NCBI GenBank assembly: GCA_964594645.1
Contig: CAZQNP010000003.1
Span: forward strand, 4,359-68,358
Length of the DNA stretch: 64,000 nucleotides
Source: an uncultured Candidatus Planktophila sp.
GTDB taxonomy: Bacteria > Actinomycetota > Actinomycetes > Nanopelagicales > Nanopelagicaceae
Reading direction: 5' to 3'
Both the position numbers and the translations under genes were made by a program. The notes beneath the pieces were generated by a model. The model was not told the origin of the DNA, made no database searches, and worked only from the letters and a program-made list of their open reading frames with translations. Positions 9,808-21,680 of this stretch are shown piece after piece (the stretch's first letter is position 1; every line of letters starts with the position of its first letter).

Positions 9808-9860
9808 GGTGTTGCAGACCCAAATCTTAACTTACGAGTCCGCAATCTCCTAAATCACGC

Positions 9861-10316
9861 TTACAGAGCAGCGATAGCCGCCTTGTAATCAGCGTTTTCA
9901 CGCGCAGCCCAGCCATTTTTTACTTCCCAACGAAGAACTCCTTCTTTATCAATCAGGAAGCTACCGCGTAGTGCGCAACCCTTGGACTCCTCGAAGACTC
10001 CATAAGCAGATGCGACGGCACCATGTGGCCAGAAATCTGAAAGCACCGGAAACTCATACTTTTCTTGCTCTGCAAATACGCGTTGTGTAAATGGGGAATC
10101 GCATGAGATTGCAAGTAATTGAAGATCATCATTTTGAAATGATGAAAGGTCATCACGAAGGGCACATAGCTCGCCTGTGCATGTTCCGGTAAATGAGAAT
10201 GGGTAGAACATCAATAAGACATTCTTCTGCCCCTTGAATGAAGAGAGTGAAACCTTTTCTCCATGTTGATTTGGGATTTCAAAATCTGGTGCGGCTTGGC
10301 CAATTGTTAATGTCAT
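9861..10316 (-). CDS. ahpE: Peroxiredoxin AhpE
   Basis: FYPFSFTGTCTGELC, LSDFWPHG; conserved tRNA-Val/ahpE/DUF3052/aceE synteny. Confidence 0.85.
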   Translation of the reverse strand: MTLTIGQAAPDFEIPNQHGEKVSLSSFKGQKNVLLMFYPFSFTGTCTGELCALRDDLSSFQNDDLQLLAISCDSPFTQRVFAEQEKYEFPVLSDFWPHGAVASAYGVFEESKGCALRGSFLIDKEGVLRWEVKNGWAARENADYKAAIAAL

Positions 10317-10325
10317 ACCGCAAAC

Positions 10326-10718
10326 TTACCTCTTGCCCGCCTTACGTGCCACTAATCGAGTAGCGGTCCAATCCTTTGCGAGCGCAATTGTTGATGTAAC
10401 GCTAAGTCCTGCAATCGGTGCTGCATCTTGGATATCACTTGGCTCAACATGTCCATCACGACCAACCTTGGGAGTTAACACCCATATAGGACCAGTTTCG
10501 GAAAGATAGGTAAGAGCATCCATTAACTCATCAACCAGATCGCCATCACCATCTCGCCACCAGATGATCACGGCATCAACGACTTCTGTCGTTGATCCTT
10601 CTAGGAACTTAGTCCCTGTAATCGCCATGATTTGATCTCGAAGTGTGGAATCACAGTCGCTATCGTGGCCAACCTCCAAAATGAGGTCATCCTTGGCCAA
10701 TCCCATACGTGTAGGCAC
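10326..10718 (-). CDS. DUF3052 family protein
   Basis: [21 protein letters not shown]; divergent from aceE as in other Actinobacteria. Confidence 0.88.
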   Translation of the reverse strand: MPTRMGLAKDDLILEVGHDSDCDSTLRDQIMAITGTKFLEGSTTEVVDAVIIWWRDGDGDLVDELMDALTYLSETGPIWVLTPKVGRDGHVEPSDIQDAAPIAGLSVTSTIALAKDWTATRLVARKAGKR

Positions 10719-10823
10719 GGGCTAAGTCCACACTTTGGGAGCCCTGAGCGCAAGAGGAAGACTGGCTCAATTTCACACCCGCTCAATTTCCACTTAGGGG
10801 CCTGTAAGGGCGAGAATACGCCC

Positions 10824-13544
10824 ATGAGCGAAATCTTTGATGCGTCAGAAGTCAATATTGAACAGCTTGTAGATATCGACCCTTCCGAGTCGGCAGAATG
10901 GCGAGCCTCCTTTGATGCCGCTCTCAAAGCTGCAGGTCCGGTCCGCGCTCGCTACCTGATGCTCAATCTTCTCGACCATGCCAGAGAGCGAAATGTTGGA
11001 ATTTCATCGTTGCGTACAACTGATTACATCAACACGATTCCGCCAGAGCATGAAGCCAAGTTTCCTGGTGATGAGGATCTAGAAAGAAAGATTCGCCGTA
11101 TCAACCGTTGGAACGCTGCAATGTTGGTTCACCGTGCACAGCGTCCAGGTGTTGGAGTTGGTGGACACATCTCAACTTACGCATCATCTGCTGCGCTCTA
11201 TGAAGTTGGTTTCAACCACTTCTTCCGCGGACAGGATCACCCAGGCGGTGGAGATCAGATTTTCTTCCAGGGACATGCAAGCCCCGGAATGTATGCACGC
11301 GCATTTCTTGAAGGTCGCTTAACTGAAAACCAACTTGATGGATTCCGCCAAGAGCTTTCACATCAAGGTGGTGGACTTTCTTCTTATCCTCACCCACGAT
11401 TGATGCCAGATTTCTGGCAGTTCCCAACTGTGTCTATGGGTATCGGGCCACTTAATGCAATTTACCAAGCACGTTACAACCGTTATCTACACAACCGCGG
11501 AATCAAGGACACGAGCGACCAAAATGTTTGGGCATTCCTTGGCGATGGTGAAGTAGATGAAGTAGATACATTAGGTGCAATTGGTCTTGCCACACGCGAG
11601 AAGTTAGACAACCTAACCTTTGTTATTAACTGTAACTTGCAGCGTCTTGATGGTCCGGTTCGTGGAAATGGAAAGATCATCCAAGAGCTTGAATCAATCT
11701 TTGGTGGCGCGGGCTGGAATGTAATCAAGGTTGTGTGGGGCCGCGGTTGGGACCCACTTCTGGCTCAAGATCGCGAAGGCGCACTTGTAAAGATTATGAA
11801 TGAAACCCTTGATGGTGATTATCAAACCTTTAAGGCTGAATCTGGAAAGTATGTGCGCGATAACTTCTTTGGACGTGATCCACGCACAGCTGCAATGGTT
11901 GCCAATTGGTCAGATGATCAAATCTGGAACCTCAAGCGCGGTGGACATGATTATCAGAAGCTATTTGCTGCATACACAGCAGCTACACAAAAGAATGGTC
12001 GCCCAACAGTTATTTTGGCTAAGACTGTTAAGGGTTGGACCCTTGGTTCTCACTTCGAGGGTCGTAACTCAACCCACCAGATGAAGAAGATGACGCTGGA
12101 AGATATTCAAAAGTTCCGCGACACCTTGCACTTGGATATTCCAGATGAGAAGTTAGATAAGTACCTACCTCCTTATTACAAGCCTGCCGATGACTCGCCA
12201 GAGGCTAAGTACTTGGCTGAGCGTCGCGCAGAACTTGGTGGATCAATTCCTCGCCGACGTTCAAAGTCTCGTCCTTTAACAATGCCAGCTGACTCTGTTT
12301 ACGAATCGGTAAAGCGTGGTTCTGGCCAGCAAGAGATCGCAACAACAATGGCATTTGTACGTATGCTGAAGGATCTTGTTAAGGATCCAGGATTGGGCAA
12401 TCGAATTGTGCCGATTATTCCTGATGAGGCGCGTACCTTCGGTATGGATTCATTGTTCCCAACGATGAAGATTTACTCTCCACATGGTCAGCAGTACACA
12501 GCGGTAGACCGTGAATTGATGTTGTCTTATAAGGAATCAACTTCGGGTGTCATCCTTCACGAGGGTATTAATGAGGCGGGATCAGTTGCTTCATTTACCG
12601 CGGTTGGATCTTCATACTCAACACATGATGAGCCGATGATTCCGATGTACATCTTCTACTCAATGTTTGGATTCCAGCGCACCGGAGATGCTTTCTGGGC
12701 AGCTGCAGATCAATTGGTACGAGGATTTGTTATTGGTGCAACCGCAGGTCGCACAACACTTAACGGAGAAGGTTTACAGCATGAAGATGGTCATTCACAT
12801 CTGCTTGCCGCAACTAACCCAGCGGTAGTTTCTTACGATCCAGCCTTTGCTTACGAGTTAGGACACATTGTTAAGGATGGTCTTCGTCGTATGTACGGAG
12901 AAAACAGTGAAAATGTTTTCTACTATCTCACCGTTTACAACGAGCCATATGTGCATCCTGCAGAGCCTGAAAATCTCGATGTTGATGGATTACTTAAGGG
13001 AATTTACTTGTACTCACCTGCGAATGGTTCACGCAAGAAAAATGCACAGATCTTGGCATCAGGTGTTGGAGTTAACTGGGCGGTTAAGGCGCAGAAGCTT
13101 CTTGCAGATGACTGGGGCGTTAACGCTGCAGTGTGGTCGGTAACCTCATGGAATGAGCTACGTCGTGATGGTCTAGAAACAGATCGCCACAACCTGCTCA
13201 ATCCGACAGATCGTCGCAGCGCTTACATCACCAAGAAGTTGGCTCATACAAAGGGTCCAGTAATTGCGGTCAGCGATTTCATGCGCGCAGTGCAGGACCA
13301 GGTAGCACCATGGGTTGATCGTCCCTTCTATTCATTGGGAACAGATGGCTTTGGATTGTCTGATACTCGAGGTGCTTTACGCCGTCACTTCAAGGTTGAC
13401 GCTGAATCAATCGCAATCGCCGTGTTGCAGCAACTCTGTAACCAAGGTGAAATCAAGCAAAGCATTGTCACCCAGGCGATGGATAAGTATCGTATCCATG
13501 ATGTCTCAGCTGCAGATGCTGGCAATACAGAAGGATCGGGTTGA
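10824..13544 (+). CDS. aceE: Pyruvate dehydrogenase E1, homodimeric type
   Basis: [30 protein letters not shown] motif, [14 protein letters not shown]; start set to ATG 10824 because the longer ORF overlaps DUF3052. Confidence 0.95.
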   Translation: MSEIFDASEVNIEQLVDIDPSESAEWRASFDAALKAAGPVRARYLMLNLLDHARERNVGISSLRTTDYINTIPPEHEAKFPGDEDLERKIRRINRWNAAMLVHRAQRPGVGVGGHISTYASSAALYEVGFNHFFRGQDHPGGGDQIFFQGHASPGMYARAFLEGRLTENQLDGFRQELSHQGGGLSSYPHPRLMPDFWQFPTVSMGIGPLNAIYQARYNRYLHNRGIKDTSDQNVWAFLGDGEVDEVDTLGAIGLATREKLDNLTFVINCNLQRLDGPVRGNGKIIQELESIFGGAGWNVIKVVWGRGWDPLLAQDREGALVKIMNETLDGDYQTFKAESGKYVRDNFFGRDPRTAAMVANWSDDQIWNLKRGGHDYQKLFAAYTAATQKNGRPTVILAKTVKGWTLGSHFEGRNSTHQMKKMTLEDIQKFRDTLHLDIPDEKLDKYLPPYYKPADDSPEAKYLAERRAELGGSIPRRRSKSRPLTMPADSVYESVKRGSGQQEIATTMAFVRMLKDLVKDPGLGNRIVPIIPDEARTFGMDSLFPTMKIYSPHGQQYTAVDRELMLSYKESTSGVILHEGINEAGSVASFTAVGSSYSTHDEPMIPMYIFYSMFGFQRTGDAFWAAADQLVRGFVIGATAGRTTLNGEGLQHEDGHSHLLAATNPAVVSYDPAFAYELGHIVKDGLRRMYGENSENVFYYLTVYNEPYVHPAEPENLDVDGLLKGIYLYSPANGSRKKNAQILASGVGVNWAVKAQKLLADDWGVNAAVWSVTSWNELRRDGLETDRHNLLNPTDRRSAYITKKLAHTKGPVIAVSDFMRAVQDQVAPWVDRPFYSLGTDGFGLSDTRGALRRHFKVDAESIAIAVLQQLCNQGEIKQSIVTQAMDKYRIHDVSAADAGNTEGSG

Positions 13545-15277
13545 TCTCTAGAATTCCAATCACAGATATCTCCCCCGCGGTTTACTTCGGGGGAGAATTT
13601 GTTGCGGTAAAGGCGATTGCGCAAGAGAGCATTTCAGTTTCTGCAACGATCATCATCGAAGGCCATGAAACCCTAACCGCCGAAGTTTGCCTGTACAACG
13701 CAAAAGAAAAAATGGTTGATTGCCAACCATTGATTGAGCGCTGGCCCGGAACAGATCGATATGAGGGTCAATTCACGGTTCCGACTGAAGGTGATTTCTA
13801 TTTTGTAGTTAAAGCTGCAAGCACATCGCAGTACCGAACTGTTACCGGTGAATCTGAAAAGTATCCAGTTCGAGCAGATCGTGATCGCGCATTGGTTGGA
13901 TCTTGGTATGAGTTTTTCCCGCGCAGTGAGGGCGCTGTAAGAAATGCTGATGGAACTGTAATTAGCGGAACCTTTGCAACTGCAACAAAGCGCCTACCAG
14001 GTGTTGCGGCTATGGGATTTGATGTCTTGTATCTGCCACCGGTTCATCCGATCGGAATCGCACACCGCAAAGGTAAGAACAACACGCTAGATGCAAAGGG
14101 AGATGATTGCGGAGTTCCCTGGGCGATCGGTAACTCAGATGGTGGCCATGATGCGATTAATCCCGCACTTGGAACGATGAAGGATTTTGAAGAGTTTGTA
14201 AAGGCTGCAGGTAAGCATAGTCTTGAAATTGCAATGGATTTAGCGCTCCAAACATCACCTGATCATCCTTGGGTAAAGAGCAATCCAGAGTGGTTTAACA
14301 AGCGAGCAGATGGAACTATCGCCTACGCCGAAAACCCCCCTAAGAAGTATCAGGATATTTACCCCATCAACTTTGATGATGATTACGAGGGTATTCGTGA
14401 TGAAGTACTTCGAGTCATCCGGCTTTGGGTATCAAAGGGTGTAAAGATTTTCCGAGTCGATAATCCACATACTAAGCCGGTTCATTTCTGGCAGGACTTA
14501 TTAGCAATTGTTCATAAGGAGAGCCCAGAGGTGGTTTTCCTAGCTGAGGCCTTTACCCGCCCCGCCATGATGCATGCATTGGGTAAAGCTGGTTTTCATC
14601 AGTCATATACCTACTTCACCTGGCGAACTAGCAAGTGGGAGTTAACCGAGTACGGCCGAGAAGTTGCGCAAGGAACAAGTGCATTCTTTAGACCAAACTT
14701 TTGGGTTAATACTCCGGATATCAACCCATTTCATTTGCATAGTGGAAATCCAGCAATGTTTGCATTGCGTGCAGTTTTAGCTTCGACCCTGACTCCCTCA
14801 TGGGGAATGTACGCCGGATATGAACTCTATGAACATCATCCCTTCAAAGAAGGTGGCGAGGAGTACATGGACTCAGAAAAGTACGAGATCAAGGTTCGCG
14901 ACTGGGAGGGTGCTAGTAAGAAAGGCTTGACCCTTGCTCCCTTTATTGCACAATTGAATGCGATACGCAAAGCCCATCCTGCATTACAGCGACTGCGCAA
15001 CTTAACTTTCCATGACACAGATTCAGATGCGATCATTGCTTACTCAAAGCGAGAGGGAAATGATCTTGTTCTAGTTGTTGTAAATCTTGATCCAAGTTTT
15101 GCGCAGGGAACAACGGTTCATTGGAATATGGGTGCCCTCGGGTTTTCAAGTAATGAGTTTGAGGTCAAGGATCTACTCGATGGTTCAACCATGACCTGGA
15201 GTCCACACACATTTGTTTCTCTCAATCCAACGCGTCCCGTTGGAAAAGTAGCCCACATCGTTTCGGTAAAGTTCTAA
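13541..15277 (+). CDS. glgE: Alpha-1,4-glucan:maltose-1-phosphate maltosyltransferase
   Basis: [42 protein letters not shown] motifs; TTG start overlaps the aceE stop. Confidence 0.93.
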   Translation: MISRIPITDISPAVYFGGEFVAVKAIAQESISVSATIIIEGHETLTAEVCLYNAKEKMVDCQPLIERWPGTDRYEGQFTVPTEGDFYFVVKAASTSQYRTVTGESEKYPVRADRDRALVGSWYEFFPRSEGAVRNADGTVISGTFATATKRLPGVAAMGFDVLYLPPVHPIGIAHRKGKNNTLDAKGDDCGVPWAIGNSDGGHDAINPALGTMKDFEEFVKAAGKHSLEIAMDLALQTSPDHPWVKSNPEWFNKRADGTIAYAENPPKKYQDIYPINFDDDYEGIRDEVLRVIRLWVSKGVKIFRVDNPHTKPVHFWQDLLAIVHKESPEVVFLAEAFTRPAMMHALGKAGFHQSYTYFTWRTSKWELTEYGREVAQGTSAFFRPNFWVNTPDINPFHLHSGNPAMFALRAVLASTLTPSWGMYAGYELYEHHPFKEGGEEYMDSEKYEIKVRDWEGASKKGLTLAPFIAQLNAIRKAHPALQRLRNLTFHDTDSDAIIAYSKREGNDLVLVVVNLDPSFAQGTTVHWNMGALGFSSNEFEVKDLLDGSTMTWSPHTFVSLNPTRPVGKVAHIVSVKF

Positions 15278-15278
15278 A

Positions 15279-17198
15279 GTGGGCGTATTTTCAAAGCTCT
15301 TCAAGGGTCGAGGTGACAACGCCTTGCAACCCGCCTCGTACCTCAATCCACATTCATCGCTGGGTGAGTTAGATCTTTATCTGATTGCAGAAGGTCGTCA
15401 TGAACAGTTATGGAAAGCTCTAGGCGCGCAGGTAAAGCGCGATGATGCTGGAGCATTGCTGGGCACTGCTTTTTCAGTATGGGCGCCAAATGCACAAGCT
15501 GTTTCCTTGATCGGTGATCATAATTTTTGGGACCGAAACTCTCACAAAATGCATCGCATCGGAACTTCTGGAATCTGGGAGCTCTTTATTGCCGACATAG
15601 GTGTAGGAATCAAGTACAAGTTTGCAGTATGCGGAATAGATGGACGCTGGGTTGATCATGCAGATCCAATGGCACGAGCTACCGAGATTCCTCCATTGAC
15701 CGCATCAGTTGTTGAAGAGTCTAACTATGTCTGGAATGACAGCTCATGGATGCAGCAGCGCTCACAGTTCCAATCTTGGCGCTCTGCAGTATCTGTCTAC
15801 GAGGTTCATCTTGGCTCATGGAAGCTTGGTTTGAGTTACAAAGAACTCGCCACTGAGCTAGTCGAATACATCCAGCAACAGGGCTTTACACATGTTGAGT
15901 TCTTGCCAGTTACAGAACATCCATACGGACCTTCGTGGGGTTATCAAGTAACCTCATTTTTTGCACCGACTTCTCGTTTTGGCTCTCCAGATGAGTTTAG
16001 ATTCTTGGTAGATGCTCTGCACAACGCTGGTATCGGCGTTATCTTGGATTGGGTTCCTGCCCACTTTCCAAAGGATGAATGGGCGCTTGCAAAGTTTGAT
16101 GGAACCGCTTTATATGAGCATGCTGACCCGCGGCTAGGAGAGCACCCTGACTGGGGAACTCTTATCTTTAACTTTGGTCGCAATGAGGTACGAAACTTTC
16201 TTGTAGCAAGTGCGCTGTACTGGCTCACCGAGTTTCATATCGATGGCTTGCGAGTTGATGCGGTGGCATCGATGCTTTATCTGGACTACTCACGTAAAGA
16301 TGGTGAATGGCTTCCCAATAAGCATGGTGGACGCGAGAACCTTGAGGCGGTGCAGCTGCTGCAGGAGGCAACATCGACAGCCTATAAAACCCACCCCGGC
16401 ATCATGATGATCGCCGAGGAGTCAACGGCATGGTCTGGGGTTACCGCAGATACATCAGGTGGCGGACTCGGCTTTGGCTTTAAGTGGAACATGGGTTGGA
16501 TGCATGACACCTTGCAGTACCTGTCGCACGAGTCAATTCATCGAGTGCATCACCACAATGAGATTACCTTTTCGATCTTGTATGCATGGAGCGAGAATTT
16601 TATGTTGCCGCTTTCTCATGATGAGGTCGTGCACGGAAAAGGTCAATTAGTAAACAAGTTTCCGGGAGATCGTTGGCAAAAACTTGCCACTCTTAGAGCG
16701 CTGTATGGTTTCATGTGGGCCCACCCTGGAAAGAAGTTGTTATTCATGGGTTGCGAGTTTGCCCAAAATGATGAGTGGAATGAGAGTGCAGGATTGCAGT
16801 GGCACTTAACTGAGTACGCCGAGCATCATGGTGTTCAGAAAGCCGTTGCAGAGTTAAACGCGGTATACAAATCAACGCCAGCTTTGTGGGAGAAGGATAC
16901 AAATCCAGAAGGCTTTACATGGCTGGTTGGAAATGATGGGGCTGCAAATGTTGTGGCCTTTGCTCGTTGGGATGATTACGCATCGGCTTTAGTGAGCGTT
17001 ACCAACTTTTCACCTGTACCTCACGAGAATTACCAACTTCCATTTCCTAATGCAGGTATCTGGACCGAGGTGCTCAACACCGATGAGCTTGCCTTTGGCG
17101 GAAGCGGCGTTAGTAATGAAGCTGTAATTGTTGGTGCTTCTCAAATTGCCTCGGTACGAATTCCACCGCTAGCAACGATTTGGTTTAAGCGCTCTTAA
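15279..17198 (+). CDS. glgB: 1,4-alpha-glucan branching enzyme
   Basis: VWAPNA, SWGYQ, DWVPAHFP, RVDAVASM, AEEST, SHDEVVHGK. Confidence 0.95.
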   Translation: MGVFSKLFKGRGDNALQPASYLNPHSSLGELDLYLIAEGRHEQLWKALGAQVKRDDAGALLGTAFSVWAPNAQAVSLIGDHNFWDRNSHKMHRIGTSGIWELFIADIGVGIKYKFAVCGIDGRWVDHADPMARATEIPPLTASVVEESNYVWNDSSWMQQRSQFQSWRSAVSVYEVHLGSWKLGLSYKELATELVEYIQQQGFTHVEFLPVTEHPYGPSWGYQVTSFFAPTSRFGSPDEFRFLVDALHNAGIGVILDWVPAHFPKDEWALAKFDGTALYEHADPRLGEHPDWGTLIFNFGRNEVRNFLVASALYWLTEFHIDGLRVDAVASMLYLDYSRKDGEWLPNKHGGRENLEAVQLLQEATSTAYKTHPGIMMIAEESTAWSGVTADTSGGGLGFGFKWNMGWMHDTLQYLSHESIHRVHHHNEITFSILYAWSENFMLPLSHDEVVHGKGQLVNKFPGDRWQKLATLRALYGFMWAHPGKKLLFMGCEFAQNDEWNESAGLQWHLTEYAEHHGVQKAVAELNAVYKSTPALWEKDTNPEGFTWLVGNDGAANVVAFARWDDYASALVSVTNFSPVPHENYQLPFPNAGIWTEVLNTDELAFGGSGVSNEAVIVGASQIASVRIPPLATIWFKRS

Positions 17199-18372
17199 AG
17201 ATCTTTGCAAAGTAGGGAACGGTTAGCAACATAACCGCTGGAATAAGTAGTGCAATGGTGAGTGAGGTTGCTTGCGCGGTCCAGGCAACCACCCAGCGGA
17301 CCACAAATACCAAGGTAATGTTTATGACGCCAATCTGCCCAATAACCACGCTAGATGGGAACTTTGAGCGGGTATTTGCAGCGTTCATAACTGATGGGCC
17401 GAGGAATGAAGAGCCTAGACCTGCGATAGTAAAGCTAATAGAAAGAATCACAATTACTAAGGTTTTGTTCTCATTTCCTACGATGCTAACCGCTGCTATG
17501 CCTGCGATAAAAGACAATCCAGACAAGAGCGATGCTCTTACAACGAGAAAATCAATTGTGTATCTAGGCAGCAGATTGTGCAGGTTTAATCGCCCAACAA
17601 TCATCGCCAAGGTGAAGAGGATGTAAGGAAGGGTGTGGATTCCTCCAACAATCTTCATATCCTCCTTCACATAGATTGCGGCCCAGTCACTGACTGCGTA
17701 CTCAAGCATGATCACCAATAACAATGCCGCAGAAACTTGTTTATCGATTGTAAAGCCTTTAAACATGTCACGTGCGCGATGATCTGAATCTGGATTGAGA
17801 TCGGCCTTAACAAGATTGGGAGATAACTTGTGAATAATGTAAGTCATGGCTACAAAAGAAAAGGCTGATAAGTAGTTGGTATAGGTTCCTAAAGAAACCC
17901 GATCAACGAGTAACCCTGCAATTATTGAGGTGATAAGAGCGCCGCTGCTCCAAAATCCGCTCAACAAGGTAATGATTTGCTTCTTTGTTCTATCCTGAAA
18001 AAAGAAACCTTGCGAGTTGATTGAAATGTGGAATGCAGAGATAGATCCACCTTGAAGAATAATAAAAATCAAAAAGAGCAGACTCGAGGTACTGTGAGTG
18101 AGAAAGATTAAGCTCGTTGCAAGCATGAAAGCCCCAATATGAAGCATCCAACGAGCCCCGTACTTGTGTACCAAGTGGCCAACTGTCAGTAGCGCAACCA
18201 GGTTGCCGATCGCTCCCATACTCACTAATGATCCAAACTCTCCATTAGTCAGTTCTAGATTTGCCTTAACTTCGGGGAAGCGCGGCACCCACGACATGAT
18301 CAATAGACCAAAGAGAAAAAAGAGCGCCTTTATGAGGTTGAGTTCATGCTCAACATTGATGGTTTTTCTCAA
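17185..18372 (-). CDS. MFS transporter
   Basis: About 12 hydrophobic segments; WVPRFPEVK and DWAAIY motifs. Confidence 0.8.
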   Translation of the reverse strand: MRKTINVEHELNLIKALFFLFGLLIMSWVPRFPEVKANLELTNGEFGSLVSMGAIGNLVALLTVGHLVHKYGARWMLHIGAFMLATSLIFLTHSTSSLLFLIFIILQGGSISAFHISINSQGFFFQDRTKKQIITLLSGFWSSGALITSIIAGLLVDRVSLGTYTNYLSAFSFVAMTYIIHKLSPNLVKADLNPDSDHRARDMFKGFTIDKQVSAALLLVIMLEYAVSDWAAIYVKEDMKIVGGIHTLPYILFTLAMIVGRLNLHNLLPRYTIDFLVVRASLLSGLSFIAGIAAVSIVGNENKTLVIVILSISFTIAGLGSSFLGPSVMNAANTRSKFPSSVVIGQIGVINITLVFVVRWVVAWTAQATSLTIALLIPAVMLLTVPYFAKIFKSA

Positions 18373-19229
18373 AATAGGGCACTGGCAAGCTCTTTTCGAG
18401 CCGCCACCAATCGAGGGTCATTGGGATCAACGAGTGCAAAGAGGTTGAGCAGATGATCCTTTACCTTGGTGCGATCATCACCAGATGTTGCACGTACCGC
18501 ATGAAGTAAGCGGGTAAAGGCTGCCTCTACCCCACCATTTACGATCTCAACATCTGCAGCCTTTAGTTGCATGGCAATGTCACTTGGATTTTTTGTGGAT
18601 TCTTCAATTACTTGATTGAGGTCTAAACCTTCAGTGCGCATTAACAACTGTGTTTGAGCTAATCCAAGTTTTGCCAAACTTTCGGATGGTTTGCGAGCAA
18701 GCCACTTTTTGTAGGCAGCCTCTGCCGATATGTAATCTCCAGCCTCTAGCGCTTCCATGGCTTCGATCTCTTCAGCTTCCATCTGTTCAACTGGAGCTTG
18801 GCCTACGCCTTGCTCTGATGCAAGGGTTAAGACCTTATCCAAGACCATTCTTACCTGTGCTTCAGGATAACTTTGCTCAAACAGTGGAACCATTTGTTCG
18901 GCAATAATCGCCACCGCATAAGGAATGCTTTTTGTTTGAAAAGCTTGAGCCACCTGTGGGTGTACTTCGATATCAACGCGAGCTAGTGCAAATGTTTGCT
19001 TGTAATCATTTTCCAACTTTCCAATTACCTTCACCATCTCGACAGATTCTGGAGATCTAGCTGACCACATCAAGACAATAACGGGGCGGACAAGAGACAG
19101 CGGAAGAATTTCAGAGCTTAAATTTTCAACTGAAACTTCAATGCCAGGCATGGGAATCGAGGGATCCACCTTTGGCTTAGTCAATGAACTTAAATCAAAG
19201 GCCTGCCCGAAGTTAGGTGGCAAACTCAT
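18369..19229 (-). CDS. Thioredoxin-like + TPR co-chaperone (YbbN/CnoX-like)
   Basis: Trx fold with CxxC replaced by WSARSPES; C-terminal ARKELASALF. Confidence 0.85.
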   Translation of the reverse strand: MSLPPNFGQAFDLSSLTKPKVDPSIPMPGIEVSVENLSSEILPLSLVRPVIVLMWSARSPESVEMVKVIGKLENDYKQTFALARVDIEVHPQVAQAFQTKSIPYAVAIIAEQMVPLFEQSYPEAQVRMVLDKVLTLASEQGVGQAPVEQMEAEEIEAMEALEAGDYISAEAAYKKWLARKPSESLAKLGLAQTQLLMRTEGLDLNQVIEESTKNPSDIAMQLKAADVEIVNGGVEAAFTRLLHAVRATSGDDRTKVKDHLLNLFALVDPNDPRLVAARKELASALF

Positions 19230-19242
19230 GTTGCCATCCTAT

Positions 19243-20469
19243 CTATTCAACAACTATGTCGACGCCAGAGTCGCGGCGTAAGGGCAAGATTTCGGCGCAG
19301 TAGTTATCGGTTGCTGCTTCTAACCCGACGTCATAGCCCGCTTTTTCACTTAAATACCAGCGATTTTCAAGGATTTCATGGAACATCTGCGCCCGCTCTA
19401 CGCGACCTCTCATGTGATCAGGAACTCTATTGATAACCGGTTCAAAAACTTCATATATCCATTTCTTCGCCATCTCGTGGATTGGAATTCCAATCTTGTT
19501 TTCGCGTGCGTTGTATCTGTCAAAGGAGGCAAGAAGTCGCTTTGCTTGTAACTCTTCTGCATCTAATCCCACTAATTCACGCAAACGTTGTGAGTGATAT
19601 CCAGCGGCAACAAGCTTTGGCTGGAAAGAGATCATCTGAGTGTCACCATCGATGGTAATGGCCACCTCTTCAACTGCAAATCCAAGATCATGCAGCTGAC
19701 GCATCGCCCTTTCAACCGCGTGACGATCCTTTGGATCTAGCAGCTGTCTCTCTTTAAGTGCTGCCCAAATGCGACGGTAGCGACGGATCACCGCTTCAGA
19801 TGCTCGTACGGGATCCATACCGGGATAAAGAACGCCTGACAATGCTAGATCTTCAAGCTCTGCTGCAACATTGAAGTGAACAATATCTAGATCATGTTCA
19901 CGTTGACCATCGCTCAAAGATTTTTGAAACTCACCTGTTTCTGCATCGACAAGATATGCGGCAAAGCCATCGGCATCTCGACGGAACAAGGTGTTTGAGA
20001 GTGAGCAATCTCCCCACCAAAAACCCAATAGGTGTAAACGAACTAACAGCAAAGCTAAAGCACTAGCCATCGTTGTGATCTCATGGGGTGTCACTGCCCC
20101 AGATAAAAGCACGCGATATGGAAGTGAGTAAGGAAGAAAGCGGGTAACGATCGCACATGGCAGCTCTTCACCATTTGCATCTACTCGACCTTCAACAACA
20201 GCCACTTGTTCTACACAGGGGGCGTTTAGGTGTGAAAGTTCACGAAGTATCTTGTACTCACGATTTGCAAACTCAGAAACCGTCTCTTTAACCGCATAAA
20301 CCTCGGCATCAGGATCATTGCTTGCTCTGACTAAGCGCACGATATGTCGCGAAATACCGCGCTTTTCGGCAAGGGCTGGATCCTCGGGCCATTGTTCAAG
20401 GGGCAGGTGCCACGGTAGGCCAGTAACAGCAGCGATCTCCTCGCCCAAGCCCGTAATGCGCAATGCCAT
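19243..20469 (-). CDS. DUF4032 / Kdo-kinase-like protein
   Basis: RGISRH, WGDCSLSNTLFRRD, YLVDAETG, HEILENRWYLSE. Confidence 0.88.
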   Translation of the reverse strand: MALRITGLGEEIAAVTGLPWHLPLEQWPEDPALAEKRGISRHIVRLVRASNDPDAEVYAVKETVSEFANREYKILRELSHLNAPCVEQVAVVEGRVDANGEELPCAIVTRFLPYSLPYRVLLSGAVTPHEITTMASALALLLVRLHLLGFWWGDCSLSNTLFRRDADGFAAYLVDAETGEFQKSLSDGQREHDLDIVHFNVAAELEDLALSGVLYPGMDPVRASEAVIRRYRRIWAALKERQLLDPKDRHAVERAMRQLHDLGFAVEEVAITIDGDTQMISFQPKLVAAGYHSQRLRELVGLDAEELQAKRLLASFDRYNARENKIGIPIHEMAKKWIYEVFEPVINRVPDHMRGRVERAQMFHEILENRWYLSEKAGYDVGLEAATDNYCAEILPLRRDSGVDIVVE

Positions 20470-20552
20470 AGCCGCATTCTCTCGTATAAATGAGTCGGGA
20501 ACATGAACACCACGTCTCTATCGGAGTGATCTATTCACTTTAGAATGTCCTT

Positions 20553-21680
20553 ATGGCTATTTCACAGCGCATCAAGAAGGCAGCTACTCGACCACCTAAG
20601 GCAGAGAAGGCCGCTGCGCAGTACGGAACTATGGGGGCTCCTATCAATCGCGCCCATCCTTTCTACTTTGGTTTTATTGCGACCCTTGGTGGACTCACCG
20701 CGATCTTGCTGATGCGTGCTTTAGCCAGTGCGAGTCAAATCTTTGTTTTAATCCTGATCGCTTTGTTCCTCGCGATGGGATTGAATCCAGCTGTCGAGGC
20801 GCTACGCAAGCGCAACTTGTCTCGAAGCGCAGCGGTTTCAGTGGTTTTCTCCTCAGTAATTCTCTTTGTGATCTTCTTTTCACTGGTAGTTATTCCTCCC
20901 GTGATTAGCCAGGGAACTAATCTCATCCAGTCCGGGCCACAACTTCTTGAAGACTTGATGAAAAATGAAACTATCAACCAACTCAATACTCAGTATGGTC
21001 TGATCGACACCTTGCAGGAAAAATTAAGATCTGTCACTTCAGATGGAAATTTATTGATTTCAACCTTTGGTGGAGTGCTTGGTGTAGGAAGAACTGTACT
21101 TTCAGGTTTCTTCACCGCGCTGACTATTTTGGTGCTAACTCTTTACTTCATCACCTCATTGCCACAGGCGGTAAATCTTGGACTCTCTCTAGTTCCTGCA
21201 AGCCGCCGCGACCGGGTTGGTTTACTGACTAATGCAATCATCGCCCGAGTCGGTTCATTTGTGGGCAGCCAGATCGTCATCGCAGCCATGGCTGCCGTGT
21301 TTGTTACAGTGCTGTCAATGATTCTTGGGCTTCCTTCACCCTTTGCGATAGGCATGTTTGTTCTCGTTGCCGCTCTGATCCCACTTATCGGTCACTTCAT
21401 TGGCGCGGGAATGTTTACCCTGATCGCTTTATCGCAATCATTGGTTATCGGCGTGATTGCCCTTGTCGCTTATGTTGTTTACGTACAGATTGAAAACTAT
21501 GTTGTAACTCCACGCATCATGAAGCGCACCTTGTCTGTGCCGGGTGCGGTGACAATCATTGCAGCGTTGTTAGGTACTTCTCTTCTAGGTCTGGTTGGTG
21601 GATTGTTAGCAGTTCCTGTTGCAGCTTCAATCATCCTGATTCTGGATGAAGTGGTTATTCCTCGCGCAAATAACGCTTAA
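20553..21680 (+). CDS. AI-2E (PerM) family transporter
   Basis: LNPAV, LIPLIG, QIENYVVTPRIM, GGLLAVP. Confidence 0.88.
   Translation: MAISQRIKKAATRPPKAEKAAAQYGTMGAPINRAHPFYFGFIATLGGLTAILLMRALASASQIFVLILIALFLAMGLNPAVEALRKRNLSRSAAVSVVFSSVILFVIFFSLVVIPPVISQGTNLIQSGPQLLEDLMKNETINQLNTQYGLIDTLQEKLRSVTSDGNLLISTFGGVLGVGRTVLSGFFTALTILVLTLYFITSLPQAVNLGLSLVPASRRDRVGLLTNAIIARVGSFVGSQIVIAAMAAVFVTVLSMILGLPSPFAIGMFVLVAALIPLIGHFIGAGMFTLIALSQSLVIGVIALVAYVVYVQIENYVVTPRIMKRTLSVPGAVTIIAALLGTSLLGLVGGLLAVPVAASIILILDEVVIPRANNA

Noticed and set aside
10632-10823. 64-aa N-terminal extension of aceE in the ORF track
   Set aside because: Overlaps the divergent DUF3052 gene; ATG 10824 fits typical length and a GAGAAT-N6 promoter
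18369-19229. Thioredoxin domain without CxxC
   Set aside because: Common in YbbN/CnoX-type chaperones
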